Below are positions 22,119 through 36,051 of a stretch of 64,000 nt of DNA, one piece after another. The position numbers and the translations under genes were made by a program. Within the stretch, counting starts at the first letter, position 1; the number at the start of each line of letters is the position of its first letter. Under the pieces are notes generated by a model, which was not told the DNA's origin, ran no database searches, and saw nothing but the letters and a program-made list of their open reading frames with translations. Source of the DNA: Balamuthia mandrillaris (lineage: Eukaryota); the NCBI GenBank assembly GCA_031835245.2, contig JAVKOQ020000045.1:62001-126000 (forward strand). Reading direction: 5' to 3'.

Positions 22119-23707
22119 TCATTTCAGAAGCTTGAAGTATAATACCTGTACCAACAGATTAAAATAATCAGAGCAAGGCACAATAACAAGAATGAGAGTA
22201 GAGCAGCACAGAACGTAGAAAGAATAAGAGACGAGTGAACAATAGAGAGCAGAGAAAGCATATAGACGTACAGCGCCAATGGGAACCCAAATGGGTGCTG
22301 TGGCGAGAGCGGCTGGCGTAGCTGCAACGATACCAGCGCCTAAGAGGATTTTCTTTTTGTTTACTGGTTGCGCTTTGACCACTCTGCGTTGGGCATGCCA
22401 GTTACGACGAAACCCAGCCGGTGCGTATATCTCCTGCTTGGACAACGTGTTCAGGCGCATGCTCGGTGGCGGCTTTGTCGTTGAGGCAGAAGAAGACGCA
22501 GAAAATGGCTCCTTATAGGTTCCTTGTTTGATACCTTGGAGAACAGCCTGATCGACGCAATGCTTGAGTAATCGATAGGAGACTTGAGCCGAAAAGGAGA
22601 TAAAAACACTTCCAGGTTCGTACGTTTGCTTTTTCTTTTGCTAGAGTATGTGTGTGAAAGAGAGAGAGGAGAGTAAGTGAAAGCGCACAAAAACTGCCAC
22701 AGAAACAAAGCAAAACTTTTCATATTCACAAACCTTTGAAGTGGCAATATCGTTATTGATCCAGAAGGACAAGTGATGAGGCAAAGAAACGTTATATCCC
22801 AAATGAGAGAAGATGAGGCGCAACATCCATCCTCCCAACACTGCCACTTCGTTCCTAGAGGATCCTTCTGCCAAAGGCTATTAAATAACAAAGGGTGTTG
22901 AGCTTACGAAAATCAAAAGAGAGAGAGAAAGAAACGTACAATATGATAGTTTGAGGATTCCGCTCTTCCAAAGCTGGCCCTGCTTGTTGCCATAACTTCC
23001 GCACCAACCGTTCTATTCTCCTTGCTTCGATTCCATACTGTAACTATCTGAAACAGGCCACCCTCCAAGAACAACGCATCCGTCAGCCAATGTTTTGCCT
23101 TTAGTGGTCGCGTACATGCACCGCTCTTGCTGAATGCCAACAGATGAGCGTCTTCATGGTTGCTTCGTCTGTAGTTGCCAGATGGGAGAGCTTCCTTCGC
23201 AATGCCTCCAGTTCCTTCTTCTCCTTCTGCTTTCTGCAAGGTTAGGACCAATGGAAGCATGCTTTCGAAGGAAAGGCCTGTCTCCTTGCAGATGTGCTTC
23301 AACAAAGCACTTACGATGTCAACCATTAGTGCCCAATAACGCACTGCAAGTCGCTGTTCCTTGGCTGTGGCTGATGGCCAAGGGAAGTTTGGTGAAGGAG
23401 TGAAGGAAGAAGACAATGACGAAGGAGAAGAATTCTCTTTCTTCTTGGTAATTTGTCGTCGTGGTTGAGGAGTTGTTGGGGATGGTGAAGATGGTGCTAA
23501 TGGCCTTGAACGGAGAGCTTCTATCCCAGTAGTTTGGACGTGTCCTGATTTAGTTTGACTGCTGTACTGGTTCTTTCGTTTTTGTTCTTCGCTCGTCTTG
23601 GTAAACATCCGAAAGTAACTGCTCATTGTCATTGTTGACATAAGTTGAATTAAAAGGCAAGAAGAGAGAGAGAGAGAGAGAGAGAGTAGTGACCTGGGAG
23701 GGAGAGA

Positions 23708-23743
<36 letters not shown>

Positions 23744-24620
23744 TGGCTCGCATAGCTTCTACCAGTTTCGTCTGTTGATCCGAAAGGGACACAAAGCAGT
23801 AACGATTGTTTACAAAGGTATCTACCACCCCCAACCCTAGTGTAGAAACGAGAGGAAAGAAGCGGTTTAACAAACAGAAACGAAACAATAACCGCGGAAG
23901 AACTAGACAAAAATACACAGACAAGAGGCACAGCAGAGTGACGAGGGAGAATACGCAACGAAAAGGAGCACTCTCACTATTCTCCTCCTCTCTTTGCAAC
24001 TCCGCCAAAGAGAACCTCCGTGCGACAAACTGAAAGTGTCTGTGCGGTTGGCTGGTCTTCAACCAGAGAGACCGGGTGCAGGCCAACCTTCGAAACAGCT
24101 GGCAGGTGCAGCCCAACCGGGCCAAGCTCTTGCTGTCCAGGAAGCCCATTATGTAGCACAACGCCTCGTCCGGCAGCAGCAATACCAAACATTGGTTGGC
24201 CAACAAAGCTTCGGCCAGGCCTGACTCGGAGGTGATTACCTTCTGGGTTGAAGAGGAGGAGGCAGAAGCGGAACCACTGTTGTGGAATTGGGAGAGCCGA
24301 AGCTGGATGGCAGAGGGGGAGAGGTTTGGGTTATCCAGTTTGAATAGAATGCTGTCCTTTTCCGTTTCTTCTTCCTCACCCTCATCTTCGTATGCTTCCT
24401 CTTCGTCGTAGCAGTATTCCAGCTCTTCCTCTGCTTTTTCCTTCTCCTTCTCCTTCTCCTTTTCCTTCCCTTTATCTGCCCGCTCCTCTCCTTTCTCTTC
24501 CTCCACTGTCTCCTCCTCCTCCTCTTCTTCTTCTGTCTCCTCCTCTGTCTCCTCCTCCCCCTCCTCCTCTTCTTCTTCTTCTTCGCCACTGATGTCCCAG
24601 CCCTCTCGGTCTTCGGCCAT
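22119..24620 (-). CDS. F-box protein with acidic N-terminus, multi-exon (3' end uncertain)
   Basis: LLLPDEALCYIMGFLDSKSLARLGCTCQLFRRLACTRSLW; downstream exons lie in ORFs 22913-23641 and 22119-22460. Confidence 0.65.
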
Positions 24621-24704
24621 CTTCTCCACCCCGCTTTTCTTTCCCTGTATTGCGTGGGGATGCATGACGACATGAAGTATTCGCCACAACGTTTCCTTTT
24701 GTCG

Positions 24705-24712
24705 TGTCGACA
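24705..24712. promoter_or_regulatory. TGTCGACA palindrome in divergent promoter
   Basis: Lies between ATG 24620(-) and putative ATG 24787(+); a second copy is at 24931. Confidence 0.5.
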
Positions 24713-24786
24713 TTATACCGTTTCCTGGAAAATTTAACCACCAAAAAAAACAAAAGAGTAGCCGGAGAAGAGAGGAGGAGAAGGGG

Positions 24787-25255
24787 ATGGCGTTAGCTTT
24801 GTGGGTGGCGTTCAAGCTCACCCTGAAAGTGGGTGGGGCGCTGGTCGGTAAGGTGGCCGCCAAAGGCCTGCTTGGTTTTGTCGGAAAAGGACTCAGCTCC
24901 AACGTATGTGCGTAGCAAATTTTGTGGCCTTGTCGACATGTGGTCGCTTCTTGCGAGGCTGAACTAACGAGAACCCTTGCTACCTCCTTCAGTACTTATT
25001 CTTTGCCACTAGACTCGTTGGTCGCGTGGGCTTGGAGAAGTTCATCACAAAGGTAGGTTACCAAAGCTCCGTACCACACCTGGACGACAAACTCAAGAAA
25101 ATAAAACACGTGTAGCTTGGTGGAAACAGCAAGCTGTTCTTTGGTGCTGGTCCTTTTGCTAACTCGGAGTTCAGCACAGAAGAAATCATTCGTGCTACTT
25201 TGGATGTAGAGGTGCTCGTTTTGTTCTTTCTTCAGTTTCCTTTCGTTTCCATCTT

Positions 25256-25305
<50 letters not shown>

Positions 25306-25328
25306 GCTCTCTCTCTCTCGCTCTCTCC

Positions 25329-25359
<31 letters not shown>

Positions 25360-25908
25360 GTCACGCTTACGTTTTGCTCCTACGTTGACAGTTGGCAGAG
25401 AGCGAGGGCCCAGGAGGGCGACGGCGGTTCGCACGGTTACGTGCTCTCTCTCCCTACATCCGCTACAGAACGAAGCAAAATATGGAAGAGCAGCTCCAGG
25501 AGGAGTGGAAAGAAACAACCATCACCACCGTGCTGGCCAAAAAGAAGAAGAAGCTTGACCTACGAACCAAGTTCTGGCGGCTATTCCAGCCCATGCCGGT
25601 ATTTCCTCACCTGCTATCTTGCTTTCCTGGTGCCAACGAGGCCCTCCTCTTTGACTATGTCTTCACTTCGGATCCTACCCTTGTTTTGGCTCAGAGCTAT
25701 GCGAGTGGAAAGCAAACCCTTTGGCGTAGTTTCGTTGTGCAGCCGCTCATGCGAGCTCAACACAATACACTTCGTCGGATCAAGTACTATCGTTGGAAGA
25801 AGGCACTTACCAAGCTGGAAGCCATGGAGAATTGGGAGTATCTCTGGTTTCTTGAGGAGGTATTTGCATTTGCCTCACTTCTTATTCTTCTCTACTCGAC
25901 CCTCTCTT

Positions 25909-25941
<33 letters not shown>

Positions 25942-26186
25942 GCTCTCTGCTCTCTCTCTCTCTCTCTCTCTCTTTCATCTCTGCTTTCCTTTGTATCCCT
26001 CTTCTTTTCTTTTTTCTCTTCATGCTTTGAGAGCATTCCCTCACCCACCTTTTGTGCTCTTATCAAACGCAGCTGGGCAACTTACAAACTTTCCACGAAA
26101 TGGTGTTGCGGCGGCGGCAAGCCGCCGCGCGCAAAGCCACAGCACCAGAGAGTGCAGCGGCATCAACGAAAGAACGTAGCACGTAG
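24787..26186 (+). CDS. Hypothetical protein, multi-exon (5' exon structure unresolved)
   Basis: Coding-like exon ~25392-25860 is flanked by (CT)n introns; the last exon reads LGNLQTFHEM...ERST*. No family recognised. Confidence 0.45.
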
Positions 26187-26346
26187 CCGACACTTTTTGC
26201 TCGCAACCGGTTTTCTGTGCCAAAGCCGCTCCTGCCAAAAAGGCATTAGAAAATGACGTCATCATGAAAAATTGTACTATGGAAAGGGATAAAATAAAAT
26301 TTGTAGTGTCTATCAGTGGTAAAAAGGCGAAACGAAAACAGAAAGC

Positions 26347-27988
26347 ATGCGCAGCAGCAAATCGCTGTTTGGGGCGAGAAGATGTTTGCGGTTGGCCAGG
26401 GTCCCCTCGCTTGCTGTGAGCAAGGTTCGTTGCTTTCACTGCAGCATGATGGCTTGGGACGGAATAGACCAACCGCCACCCGCCTTCGACGGCGATGTGT
26501 TTTCCGGGGCTGTCGACGAGGAAGAACTCAACTTTGTCGATGAAGATGCCATGAAGCTGGCGCGCAAAGAAGAGTCCATTCGACGAGCAGCCCAACTGAT
26601 GGAGGAAGTGCAGATGAAAGGTCTGAATCCACCCCCTCGACAACCTCGCATCCTATCCATCGACGACTGCATCCACCGGTGGCAACAAATCGCGCCGAAC
26701 AACACACCCGCTCAGCTCCAACTCTTGGAGGACCTCATAATCGACCTATTGGGCCACTCGAAGGATCGCTTCATGTGGAACTATGTGCTCTTTGCCTTCA
26801 CGCTGCGCGGTCAGCTCTCTTTGGCGGTGGCCTTGTTTGAGCTGATGACCTCGCCCCGTTGCCACATCAACCCTTTGCCCACAATCCTCAACACGCTATT
26901 GGGGGAGTTGCAGAAGCAAGGCCGCATCGAGGAGAGTTTTCGAGCGGCGGCTCAGCTCTATGCGTCCCTGCAAGAACAAAGCTACTTCGCCAACAAACGC
27001 GTCCCAACAAAGCAACAGCAGCACAGCATTGCGAAACGAGAGGACAACGAAGAATTGCCAGGGGACAAGTACACTTTGGTGGAGCTAGCCAAGATGCTGC
27101 GGCTGAAGAGAGAACAACAACTCTCAGGGGTAGCGAAGCTGGATTGGCAGGGGGCTGTGCGTCTGGCTGCAGACCTGCTGGAAGCCATTTACACTCGTTC
27201 ACTCGCTGCTTCCTGTCGAACAGATCGCCCATCCTTCGTTCCTGTATCCGGGTCCAAAGGCAACTTGCGCACTCATTTACCTACCAGCTTTGTTTGTTCC
27301 ACCATCCTTTCCAGCTGTGCCAAAGATAGGCCCGAGGATGCCTTTCGTGTGTTCGCTATCATGCAAGTTGGCGGCCCGACTGCCGACCATATTGGCAACT
27401 ACAACAACTTGATGCTGGCCACGATAAGGATGGCTAACAAGGAGGAGCGGCGGAGCAAGGCCTGGTGGGTGTATCAAGAGCTATTGCGAGAGAAGAGGGT
27501 AGATGAGGTTACTGGATGGTTAGTTCCTCTTAATCCCAACGAGCTTACTTTCCAGTGGTTGCGTGAAGCTTGTCTTCCAGGTTTGTATATCGGGTTTTTT
27601 TTCAAGAACAAGCTTACTCACTTCTCTCTCACTCTTCTTCTGACTTTTCCTAGATGATGTAACATCAGAGGAGGACGTGAAGGACTTTGAAAAAGCGTGG
27701 GAGCTAACACGGAGTTTTGGATTCTGGCCAAAACCTAAGGAATATGTTGTGAAGATGCGGATAGAAAATGCAGCAGGGCGATGGGACCATACCAGTCGCC
27801 TCTTCTCCGAAGTAAAAGAGCACCATCCATCACGCATATTGCAGACGCAACCTGAACTCTTTGTCCTCGCCCTCACTGCCTTCACGCGGCAGCAAGACTC
27901 CGAGGGTGCAGCTCGGGTTCGCAAGCTGGCAACCGGTTTAGGCCTCACCCTTGATGACCTAACCAACGATAACGCCACTACAACATAA
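26347..27988 (+). CDS. Pentatricopeptide-repeat-like protein, probably mitochondrial
   Basis: Arg/Ser-rich N-terminus; PPR-like units FMWNYVLFAFTLRGQLSLAVALFELM, ILNTLLGELQKQGRIEES and FVCSTILSSCAKDRPEDAFRVFAIM. Confidence 0.7.
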
Positions 27989-28204
27989 ACAATAAAGAAA
28001 CGACAAGAAAGATACAGAAAGAAAGAACGAAAGAACGACAATAAAGAAGCAAAGACAAGAATGAAAGCAAGAAAAGACGAGAAAGAAAGAAACGAAGCGG
28101 CTGGTTGTACGGTCGCTCTGAAATTTCATAGCTATTACCACTCCGTAAAGAAAGAGACTATGGGAAGAAGCAGAACGTACGCTTCTGCTTCCCTGCCAAG
28201 CATA

Positions 28205-28257
<53 letters not shown>

Positions 28258-28518
28258 TCCCAACCATAAAAAATGGCAATAATGATAAGCATACAAAGAA
28301 CGCAAAGAATTTATGCTTCAAATTAAATTAATTAATTAATTAAAATAGAGATCTGGGATTGGTTGTTCTTTTAGTGGAACAAAAAACACAATCCAACAAC
28401 AACAAAAAAGTTTGACAAGAGCACACACACAACACCCAGCGAGAAGGCCAATAAAAGAGCTTAGTTTATTTTGTCAAACAAGAACAAAGACGTATAGCTC
28501 ACGCTTTGTCTCTTTGTG

Positions 28519-31500
28519 ATGGAGGCCTCTTCTTCTCCCGAGGAAGCCACCAAACAGAAGAAGAAGAAGAAGGACGCGGACGCCAAGAAGAAAGACAAGG
28601 CGGCCAAGAGCAGCAAAAGCAGCGAAAAGAGACAACGCTCATTGTCCTCCTCCTCCTCCTCCTCGACCACAAAGTCTCAACGCCATGAACGTGAGGAAGT
28701 GGAAAGTGGGAAGAGCAGCGACTCCAGGCCCACCAGCCCCTCCCTGCCTGAAAAGAAACAGAAGAAGAGCAGCCCTTTGAGCAGCCCCAAAAACACCGTC
28801 AAAGGCAGCCCTCTTCTCCTCAAGCGAACTCTCAGCAACACCAAGAAGCGGCTCTCCCTTTCTCTGCTCGACCTGAAACGATCCACCTCTGGCGACAGGT
28901 CACGGCCAGAGACGGACTCAGAGTCGGAAGAGAGCGGTGGAGGTGGAGCAGGAACAACCAGCGGGTCGACCAAAGTCAGAAGGGCTGTGCGCAGTCTAAG
29001 TTGGAGAAAGAGGAGCAGCCAGAGGGGAAGAGGCAAGAGAGAGGGAGAAACCAGCGATGATGGTGGTGGCTATACCTCTTCCGAGCCTCGCGAAGTGAGC
29101 GAAGGAGAAGAGGAAGAACGTGAAAGAGGAGGAGAAGAGGAGGAGGAAGAAGAGGAATATGAGAGAAGATCAGGTCGATTGAAATCCTCAGAGAGAAAAC
29201 TTTCGATGGACGTGACCCTGCTCTTGTTGCAGGAGCAGGAACGAAGAAGACAACTTGAAGAAGAGTTGAAAAAAGAGAGGAAAAAGAAGAAAAAGAAAAA
29301 ATCGGGCGATGAGACAACGAGTTCAACGAGAAAGCAAAGAGGAGGCTCCATGCGCGAACTCAAATCAGGGCCCGTTCGGAGCAGCAGTCACATGCACGCT
29401 TCTTCTTCTGGCGACGAAGACGACATCACTCTCTCGTCATCCCCAGAGGCGCTGAGCGCTTCTGCCTCTCCGAGATCTCCCTCGCCTCTGCGAGAACTTC
29501 GGTTGAACCGATCCTCTGCCACTTCTTCGTCGGCTTCTTTCAGCAGCGGAACAAGCCCAAGCAAAAGTGGAGGCAGCTTATCCAAGATCTTTGCAAAGAG
29601 GAAGAAAGCAGTGGAAGAAGAGAACAAGAGAAGGGAGGAGGAAGCGAATAGCAGAATGAATGGATTGATGGAAGAGTTGAACAAGCTGAAAGAGCTGGAT
29701 GTTGAAAAAGAGAGGGAGAAGGAAGAATTGAGAAAGCTGTTGGATGAAGCGAGGAATGAGCTGGAGAAGAAAGCCAAAGAGGTGGATGGGCTCAACGAGG
29801 CCATCCGTGACGGAGAAGTTACCTCTCAGAGAGACAAAGGAGAGATCGCTTCAGCTCTTACTGCTGAACTTAACACCAAAGGTCATCTCTCTTCCTTCTT
29901 GTCCCTGTCGTTATCCTCTTTCAATCCTCACTCCTTGTTTTGTAGGAGAGGAGCTTGCCAAAGCGATGTTGTTGCTAAAAGAACAAGAACAGAAAACAAA
30001 CGAACTATTAGATGCAAAGGAACGACAGATAATCGAACTCCAGAAGGAGGTCGATCGCTCTCGACAGGAAACTCTTCAACAAGAAGAAAGAACAGAAGAG
30101 GCGAAACGCCAAAACGAGTTCTTGAGAGAAGAGGTGCAAAGAGTCGAAACCCACATGTATAACTTAAAGGAGGAGTTCGACAGGGTGGCAGCAGAGAGGC
30201 AAAAGGAGAAGGAGATGGCAAGCGAGAAGGAAGAGAAGTTGACAAGATTGTTGGAGGAAACAAGGAACGAAATACAGAAGAAGGAGAAAGAGATGGGTGA
30301 GCTGAACAAAGCTCTTAGTGAAAAGGCATCTGCGTTTGCGAAAGAGAAAGAAGAGATCACTTCCATTCTTACGGCTGAGCTTAACGCGAAAGGTGAGTCA
30401 GCTTTGGCGTTCTATTGTTATCTTTTATTTTCCCTTTGTTTATTCAACTGCTATGATACTGCAGGAAACGAACTGTCTCGAACAACTTTGTTGCTCACAG
30501 AACAAGAACAGAAAATGGAAGAGCTAAGAAGCGAAAGCGATTTGTTGAAAGGAAAGTTGGAAGCAGCACAAGCGCAGATGAAGCAAGTTACGGAAGAGAG
30601 GGAAAGGGAGCAGGAGAAAGAGAAAGAGAAGGAAGAGGAGCTGAGAGGATTGTTGGAAAGCACGAAGAATGCATTGCAGAAGAAAGAGAAAGAGATGGAT
30701 GAGCTCAGCCAAGCCTTTCATGAAAAGGAAACCGCATTGCAGAGAGAAAAAGAAGAGATCAGTTCGCATCTACATCGCAAAGGTTGATCCTCATCTTTCT
30801 TATTCTTCTCCCCTTCTTTTATTGATGTTTCTTCTTAAAATACTCCAGAGGAAGAATTGTCCCGAGCGACTCTCTTGCAACAAGAACAAGAGCAGCAAAT
30901 GAAAGAACGATTAGAGGCTTCAGAGCGACAGGTGGGGAATCTTCGGGAAGAGTTCGCTAGCTCTCGTCAAGAAACGCAGCGAAATGAAGAACAGCTGGAG
31001 GAGATACAGCAAGCAAAAACGCTGCTGAAAGGAGAGTTGGAAGCAACGGAAACACAGATGAACAAGTTGAAAGAAGAGCTTAACATCAGTAGATCACACG
31101 AAGAAGAACTGGAAAGAAAGGTGGAAGAGATGAAAGAAGAATGGAAGAACAAAGAGGCAGAGATGGAGAGAACCATTCAGCAAGAAAAGGAGAACGTAAA
31201 ACGGTTGATGGAAGAGAAGGAAGAAGAGTTGGCCAACCTTAAACAGGACTACGAACAGAGGGAACGAGAAGTTAACAACAACAAACAAAAAGAAATGGAG
31301 GAGAAAGATAAGGAGATAAAAGAGCTTACTGCTAGAGCCAAAGCAGAGTTGGAACAAAAAGAAGAGGCCATTAGAGCAAAGGACGATCTCATACGGAAGA
31401 ATGAAGGAGAATACGAGCGACGTTTGTGCGAGCTGGAAAAACGAGAACAAGAAGCACTCTCCTCGAAAGCGCAACTGAGCTTGCAACTGGAGGAGCAAAA

Positions 31501-34500
31501 CGACAACGTTCGAGTGATGGAGCAACAATTGAGCAGCCTTACGCAACGGCTTGACAACGAGAAAGCGGACAACGCAGAGTTGAAAGAGAAAGTGAACCAG
31601 TACGAAAGCGCGCTGCAACTGAAGGACTCAGAGTTGAACGGGCTTCGTCAAGGACACTCGCTTCAGATTCAATCTTTGAAAGAGGCGTTACAGCAAGCCG
31701 CAGAAGCATTACAGAGCCAAAAGGAGGAGATGGAAGAGGAGGTAACGCAGCTCCGAACGAAAATGGAAGAAGAGATAACACAACGAGAGGAGCGGTTGCT
31801 GCTAAGAGAACAGGAGCTGGAAGCGACAAGCAACAAAACCGCTCGACTCGAAGCGGAACTAGAACGCATGTCGGAAGAGAAACGACGACTGGAGAATGGG
31901 CTGAGAGAAGCGGAGAACCAGATGGAAGTTCAACGAAAGAGCTGGTCGGAGGAAAGGGAGCTCCTGCTGCTGGAGCACCAACGCACGGCCCAGTCCAGAG
32001 GGGAGGAAGCCGACCAGCTCCTCGCCGCGAAGCAGGACAAGTGGCGGCGGCGGGACGCGCAGCAGCGCCAAAGGGTGGAGGAGCTGGAGCAGCAACTGAG
32101 GGAAAGCGAGGCGCAAAGCCGCAGGAAGGAAGAGGAATGGGGGGAGGCCAAGGAGAGCCTCCAACGAAAACTCATCGAAGAGAGGACGAAAGCTCAGCAG
32201 CGGCTGGAGGCGGAGAGGGGGCGGTTGGAGAGGGAGAAGGAGGAGCTTTTGCAGCGAAAAGAGGAGGAGATGTCAGAGGTGCTGGGGAGGCAACAAGCCA
32301 CGAAGAAACAGAGGGAGGAAGAGGAGGCCTCAGCCGCAGCAAAATTGGCACAGGAGGCGCAAAAGCAGGTGCAGGCTGTGAAGATGAAGAAGAAGGAAAA
32401 GGTGGAGAGGCTGAAGGAGCAAGTGGGCCAGCTGAAGCAGAAGATGGAGGAGCTGAGCGTGGAGAAGGAGCGAAAAGAAAAAGAGTGGGAGGAGGAGAGG
32501 CAAACCGCGCTGAAAGAGGAAGCCCGGTGGCAGCAACAGCTGCAACGAGCCACGGAGGAGGCCAATGAGCTGAAGACGGCGTTGATGGAGGCCACTCGCT
32601 CTGTCGAAGCAAAGGAGGAGGAGCTCGCTTCTTTGCAGGAGCAGCATCGAAAGCAAGCCGCGGAGATGCAAAGCATGATCCTGGACGTGACCTCCCAGCT
32701 GAAGGACAGAATGCATTCCACGGCTCAGGAACTCACGGTGATGAAGAGCAAGCGAGAGCAGCTGACCATGGAGCTGTCTTATGTAAAGGAGAAGTTGGAA
32801 GCTTCGGAGACGCACTCGCGGGAGCTGCAACAGCAGCTGCAGATGACCAAAGCCGACAAAAAGCAGCTGAAACGAGAGCTGGAGCTAAAGTTGGAGGAGA
32901 AGAACAGAGAGATGGAACAAATGGTCCAAAGCGAGCAGCGAAAGATGGAGGAGAACGTGGCCAAGCAACTCGATCGGTTGGGCAAAGAGCTGGAAGAGAG
33001 CAGAGAGTTTGCAGCTGACATAGAGAAGAAATGGAAAGACGTGGAGCAGCAGTACGCCTTGCTCCAAGAGGAGAGCAGGAGACAAGTAGAAGAAGCAAGA
33101 AGCAAGGAGGAAAACGTGAGCAAAGAACGAGATAGACTCAGCGAAGAGGCGAAACAACACAAAGCCTTGCTAGAGAAAATAGAGAAGCAGAGAGAAGAAA
33201 CAGAGAAACAACTCGAACAGATGAAGAATGAGTTTGAGCGCGAGAGAGACGAACGCATGAAGGAAAAACAGCTCTCCTCGAAAGAGATGGAACAGATAAT
33301 TCACCAACTAGAAGAGAAGGAACGACACTTTGTTGATGCTCGGACTAGAAGCGCGGATGAAGAGAAAACAAAGTTACTGGAAGAAATGAAACAAGTTCGG
33401 TTAGAGCTAGAGTCCAGCAAAACGAAAGCGGAAGAGCTTCAAAGAGAAGTCGAGGCAAGACAACAGCAACTGAACAAAGTACAAATAGAGAATGAAAGCA
33501 AAATGGAAAGAGCAGAACAGGAGAAGAGAAAGATGGAAGAACAGTTGGATCGACTGAAGTCTGAAATGCAAGAGAAAGAACGACAGTATAAACGATTGGA
33601 AGATGAAGCAAAAGCAAAGAACTTGAAGCTGGAAGAAACAGTTGTTAAAGAACGAGAACTGTTTGAGGCTTTGAGAGAAAAACTCAAGACTACAGAAGAA
33701 GAATTGAAGATTGTTCGTTCTAACGAAGAAGAACGAAAACGGAGAGAAGAGGAAGTAATTGCAAATTTGCAACAAGCGCTTTTCTCCACAAACGAAAAGC
33801 TACAGCACCACGTTAAAGAAACAACGAAACTTACGGAAGAACTCGAACAAATGCGAATTGATGCGAGCAAACAACAATCTCGGATCGCTATCATCGAAGA
33901 TGAGCTACGTGCTGAAAAGGAGCGCTCTAATCGCCTCATCGCTTCCATCGAAGAGGAGAAAGAAAGGGCAACGAACGAGATGAAAGCTCTTTGGCAAGCA
34001 AAAGAGAAGCAGTTCGAACAAACGATGCACGAGTTCACAACAAAGACAACACAATTGGAGAAAGAAATGTCCGCTTTACAACAAATCATTCGAAGCAACG
34101 AAGCAGAAATGGAGAAGCTCAAGCATCAAGTTCGTCAGAGAGAAGAGCAGCTGACTATCGTTCAAGGTGAGTTGATGGCTGTTATCCAACAACAAAAACA
34201 ACCACAACCACAACCACAACCACCACACAGTCCCACTACCATCCAAACACATCTTGGCTCTCGTTTGGTGCCACTTTCACCCTTATCTTCTCGTGCACGA
34301 GAGGAAAGAAAACGAGGACGGCTGATGGAAAAATCTAAAGAAGCTGAAGACAGACAGAAGGCTCATGAAAAGAAGAGAGCTGCAAGAAGAGAGGAAAGTT
34401 TACACCAGGGTTTTGATCAAGCGACGGATTCTCGAGAAGACGTAGAAGAAGAGGAAGAAGACTCCGTCGCTTCGCCCCTGTTAGTTTCCTCCATCACCAC

Positions 34501-34984
34501 TTCTACCGCTCGAAAAGAACGCAGAAAACATCGAAGGCGATGGAGAAGTTTGGGCAGTTGGAACGAAATGAAGCGACTCCTTTTCGCTGCTGAAGGTGAA
34601 GAAGCAGAAGAAGAGACCGGAGAAGTGCAACGTCCTCAAGAAGAAGCTTCCACCGTTCGTTACATGCCATTCATTCCGGCAGTACCAACTTCTATTTCGC
34701 TCATTAACGCTTCTTCTCCATCTGCTTCCTCGTCTTTAGTTCTCTTCTCTTCTTCCGATGTAACAACAACGGGAAGTCAACAGCAACAACAATTAGTACC
34801 ATCCTCACCACCACCATCTCCTTCTGCTTCATCCGCGTTGAAAGGATTGTTGTGGTGGCCCATTTCGGCAACACAACGATGCATCTTCCTCTTGTTCCGT
34901 TTGTGGACATGGCTCCCTTTGTTGTTCCTTCGCATTGTCTTCTCCTTCTTCACCCGCTCTCCTCGTGTACCTGATAGCGATTGA
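28519..34984 (+). CDS. Giant coiled-coil protein with Ser/Lys-rich N-terminus and C-terminal hydrophobic anchor (golgin-like), 4 exons
   Basis: Long E/K/Q heptad region; introns 29882-29945, 30393-30464, 30783-30848; C-terminal CIFLLFRLWTWLPLLFLRIVFSFF. Confidence 0.75.
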
Positions 34985-35149
34985 TAAAAAACAACACACC
35001 AAACAATCAACATCCACTCTTACACCAACAAACAAAATTTTCACTCTTATTTTTCTTTTATTACACAGTTCTTTCGTTCTTGTATCTGATCTTTTTCTTC
35101 TGTGCCCTTTTTCTTTTCAAACACGAAAATATACAGGAAAAGAACCTAA

Positions 35150-35192
35150 AGAAGAAGAAGAAGAAGAAGAAGAAGAAGAAGAAGAAGAAGAA
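35150..35192 (+). repeat. (GAA)n microsatellite
   Basis: Read directly from the sequence. Confidence 0.9.
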
Positions 35193-35594
35193 GACTGGCG
35201 ATACCACGTTCAACGCTGTAAGACGCTGCTGAGCCGTCTTCAGCAGTTGCTGATTGTCGTCGAAGAATGAACGATGCCATTATACGATGCAGATTTGAGC
35301 TGCGCCCTTCAACCATGTATTTTGTCGACATTCCTATTAGGTTGATCTGTAACTATTTGATCTACCACGGAGTTACCGGAGTTTTAAATTCGTTATTTGA
35401 ATTTTCAAATTCCACGAATATTTTCAGATAATTTCAGGAAACGGCGCTGAAAGTCAATATACCGGCGTTACGAAAAGATTGGCTAGACCACAGAGGGAGC
35501 GACGACTTTTAGAAAAAAGTCGTGAGGCCGCAAGTCTGTGCTAGAGCAAGAAAAAATAAAAACCTAACCAGTCGGGCAACAAGAGAGAGAAAAT

Positions 35595-36011
35595 ATGAGC
35601 TCCTCTGCAGCAACAGCCGTCGCCGCCACCACCAACCATGCAGCTGGTGGTGGAGGAGGAAGTGCGAACAGAAGGACCACCCGACAGCATCATAGAAAGC
35701 AGCCACAACAACAGCAGTTCAACGTGCCGGCCAACAACAAGAAAGCAGCTGAGCTGAAGTCCCACCTTCAGAGCTTTGCCGGCCTCATGTCCGACGTGGA
35801 GGCCAACCGAGGCAAGCACAAAAACTTTGACTATGACTTGCTGAAGATCCCGCCCTTTCATTACCTCCACATTCTTGACAACAACACCAACGTCATCCGT
35901 GTGGTGGAGGGTCCCTGCCGTCACACTCGACTTCAACACGAAGTCGTTGTCTATGGGCCTGAGCCTATGTATGTGTTCTTCTCTTTCTCTCTTTTGCTCT
36001 TTCTCTCGCTT

Positions 36012-36051
<40 letters not shown>

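Noticed and set aside
26254..26261. TGACGTCA (CRE-like) palindrome upstream of the PPR gene
   Set aside because: Only one promoter occurrence (another lies in an intron at ~38420); insufficient to call.
30967..34122. Many Ser/Phe/Leu-rich minus-strand ORFs
   Set aside because: They are antisense shadows of the E/K/Q-rich coiled-coil exon.
34860..34984. KASH domain at the end of the coiled-coil protein
   Set aside because: No terminal PPPX motif and a very short luminal tail.
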